Positions 61,802 to 64,000 of a stretch of 64,000 nt of DNA are shown here, in pieces. The position numbers were made by a program, and so were the translations under genes. This DNA comes from Nemertoderma westbladi (Eukaryota > Animalia > Xenacoelomorpha): positions 1 to 64,000 of the forward strand of contig JAUCBJ010007819.1 of assembly GCA_032718475.1 (NCBI GenBank), read 5' to 3'. Position 1 is the first letter of the stretch. Each line of letters opens with the position of its first letter. Under the pieces are notes generated by a model that had not been told where the DNA came from, ran no database searches, and saw only the letters and a program-made list of their open reading frames with translations.

Positions 61802-63395
61802 ATGACGGAATTGATAGAAGATGATCTTGGTATCAGGGAGCGATATACTCTACCTTTACAAGCATTTGTGGATAGCTTGATACGCGGTGAAGCCGATCCA
61901 ACCATTACGGAGGACGATGGTCGTTATATCGAACCGCCGATGTCCCGAGAGCAACTTACGCGTGAATTGGACTATCGAAAATTCACCGCTCGCTATACGC
62001 ATCGTAATGGTACGTATATGGACTTCTTAACTACCGGCCATCCTATCGATTTACATGATACGGACGATGTAGACACCGAAAGGGAAATGGTTCTATTTAA
62101 ATATCATACCCAGAGGAGTCGTAATGATAAACCGAGAATAGAACACGAAAATTCTATTTGTAACAGACTGGAAAGAGAAAACGTTGAAGAACCGGATAAA
62201 CGCATCGACTTCAACGACTACCTGGAATTTTTGAGAGAAACCTATCTCAACCTCGCCAGTCAGCAGAACCTAGAGACTCGATATCCTCAAAGTATACATC
62301 ATGACCCTATGGTAAAACTCAAACGGCTCTATTTCACTATGATGTATCTTACTGCCGATCGTCCACTACCTGTTATCCCGGATAGTTTTGAACAAATGGA
62401 AGAATATTACAAAACTGGAGAACGATCACCCGCGTTTCCTCTACAGGACGTACGTCTTTGGTATTATTGTGACGAATGCCCTAGACCCAACCAACAAACT
62501 GAAGGACACAAACGTCCGCTGTTCCTATTTCCACGAACAACCGGCGATGGAAATTTATTGTGCATATTGCAGACTCAATAACTTGCACATTTTTGCGGTT
62601 TGCCCTCAATTTATGACTCAATGTCACCTTTGTCAACTAAAGGGACACGCCCGTTTCGATTGCCCTTTTAATCACGATTTGGAAAGCGTAGATGAAATGA
62701 TCACACTACGTTACATCAGAGCTTGGGAAGCGAACGCTGATTTACATTGTGATTCGCGCCATCGCTAGTATCCTGGACGCGCTTACGAAGGAGTTTATGC
62801 GTTCCATCCTTATTTATTCGCTTCTGTCGAACAGAAATCACGCATATCGAGTTACGAACTACTGAAGCGCGTCGGAGAGTGTATTTCAACCAAATTTGTA
62901 CGCAAATTTCTCAGGAGTGTTAATCCTAGTGACATTCATTCCTATAACTTAATCAATTTTATCCGTCAGGATCCGGACTATGGAGACTTATTTGTTAACT
63001 CACACCCCGAGTTACAGGAAGTATATCGAAGGCCTTACGAATACCGAGCCCGCGAACGCAAGTTGGAAAGAACCATTAAACCCAGGAAGTTTCTGACTGC
63101 CTATGGTCCACCCACGGCTCTCGTTCAGACCACTCGTAAAGGACCCGTAAGAGCGGCCGTCCTAAAACGCGCTCTAAAGGCCGTTAGACCCCTCTCCCCC
63201 GACGTTGATGTCAATCAACCCGGCACTTCGACCGGCGGATACACTGACCATAATCCTATACCCTCTGATGCAATCATATTGCACCCTTCACCCAGGAGTT
63301 ATAGCCCTCCTTGTAAAGTGGCTCGCCCCAAAGAGAAAAAGACTCTGGCTAGCTTTAAAAAACTGCGTAAACGCCGTCCGCGCAAGAAAGACTAA
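61802..63395 (+). pseudogene. BEL-2 accessory ORF3 (about 530 aa if repaired): zinc-knuckle protein with basic C-terminus
   Basis: 61802-62581 frameshifts near 62515 into the 62388-62768 frame, which after one TAG stays open into 63063-63395; CAYC-x5-H-x4-C and CHLC-x4-H-x4-C; KKLRKRRPRKKD end. Confidence 0.75.
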
Positions 63396-63464
63396 CTGTT
63401 TAGAGTATTTACGTATATTAGAAACTGTGATTTTGTATATTTATAGACTCAAATCCCATTTTCT

Positions 63465-63472
63465 GGGAGCGG
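63465..63472 (+). promoter_or_regulatory. Polypurine tract of BEL-2
   Basis: GGGAGCGG abutting the TGT start of the 3' LTR. Confidence 0.8.
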
Positions 63473-64000
63473 TGTAAAAGCTTTTGCGGGTATAATCAGT
63501 CCCCTTGCCCCCGCAGGGTGCCGTGTTGGTGTTTTAACGGACATAAAAGTCGTTCTTATATATGTGTGCTTTGATGGACATGGTAAGGCACAAAACCCGC
63601 AATGCGTCAAATCCTCTAGCACAGTGTAGCCTTGATGATTCAGATTACGACATCTAGCAGCTGGTTGCTGGCATGGAAACGGCCGTTGGGAACATGGTTC
63701 TTTGTTCAGCTTAACAGCCAATCAGGGCGATCTTTGCTGTGGACGTGGAGGTATTTCTACAGATCCTACTAGGCGTGTTGAATTAGATGTCTTATGTCTT
63801 GTGTTACAGTTGTTGTTCCTCCTACGCCAGAACATCGGCTTTTGGAGTGACTCGGTGTTTCAGACTTTTAGTAAAACATTAGTAGGCTTAGTTATAGAAC
63901 GTATAACTGTTATCGGTTGCAATTATCTGCAATTATATCAGTGTTGAGTTGTACACTGAAACCGACATTATTATACTGTTATTTACTGTTGTTTGGTTGA
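63473..64000 (+). repeat. BEL-2 3' LTR (cut by the window end)
   Basis: Direct repeat of 48631-49158. Confidence 0.96.

Larger units (their letters stand above)
48631..64000 (+). mobile_element. BEL/Pao LTR retrotransposon BEL-2, more than 15.3 kb, runs off the window end
   Basis: Paired LTRs, gag-pol with BEL motifs, PPT and an extra ORF between pol and the 3' LTR. Confidence 0.96.

Noticed and set aside
1-64000. Uni-strand piRNA cluster (flamenco-like)
   Set aside because: TE orientations are mixed; a dual-strand cluster cannot be judged without small-RNA data.

Overview
Repeat-rich eukaryotic (invertebrate-like) genomic DNA made up almost entirely of nested retroelements around two copies of an intronless C2H2 zinc-finger gene (1910-3540; degenerate copy 46715-47542). 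Elements: three BEL/Pao LTR retrotransposons (BEL-1 about 5200-15820 +, degraded; BEL-2 48631 to >64000 +, near-identical LTRs; BEL-3 about 38550-46714 -, internally deleted), one Gypsy (Mag-like) element (19571-24045), four RTE-clade LINE copies of two families with (TAG)n tails, a decayed L2/CR1 LINE, foldback elements and minisatellites. Main signal: all three BEL elements appear to carry an extra non-env ORF downstream of pol. In BEL-2 and BEL-3 it is the same unrecognised protein family (shared motif MYL-x4-PLP-x3-D-x-F-x2-M-x2-Y-x2-T...L-x-Y-x-C-x-EC; tandem zinc knuckles and a basic tail in BEL-2). In BEL-1 it is a WRN/EXD-type DEDDy 3'-5' exonuclease preceded by a tandem array of covarying hairpins. 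No prokaryotic features, RNA genes or CRISPR arrays are supported. All calls are by eye from motifs; no database searches were run.
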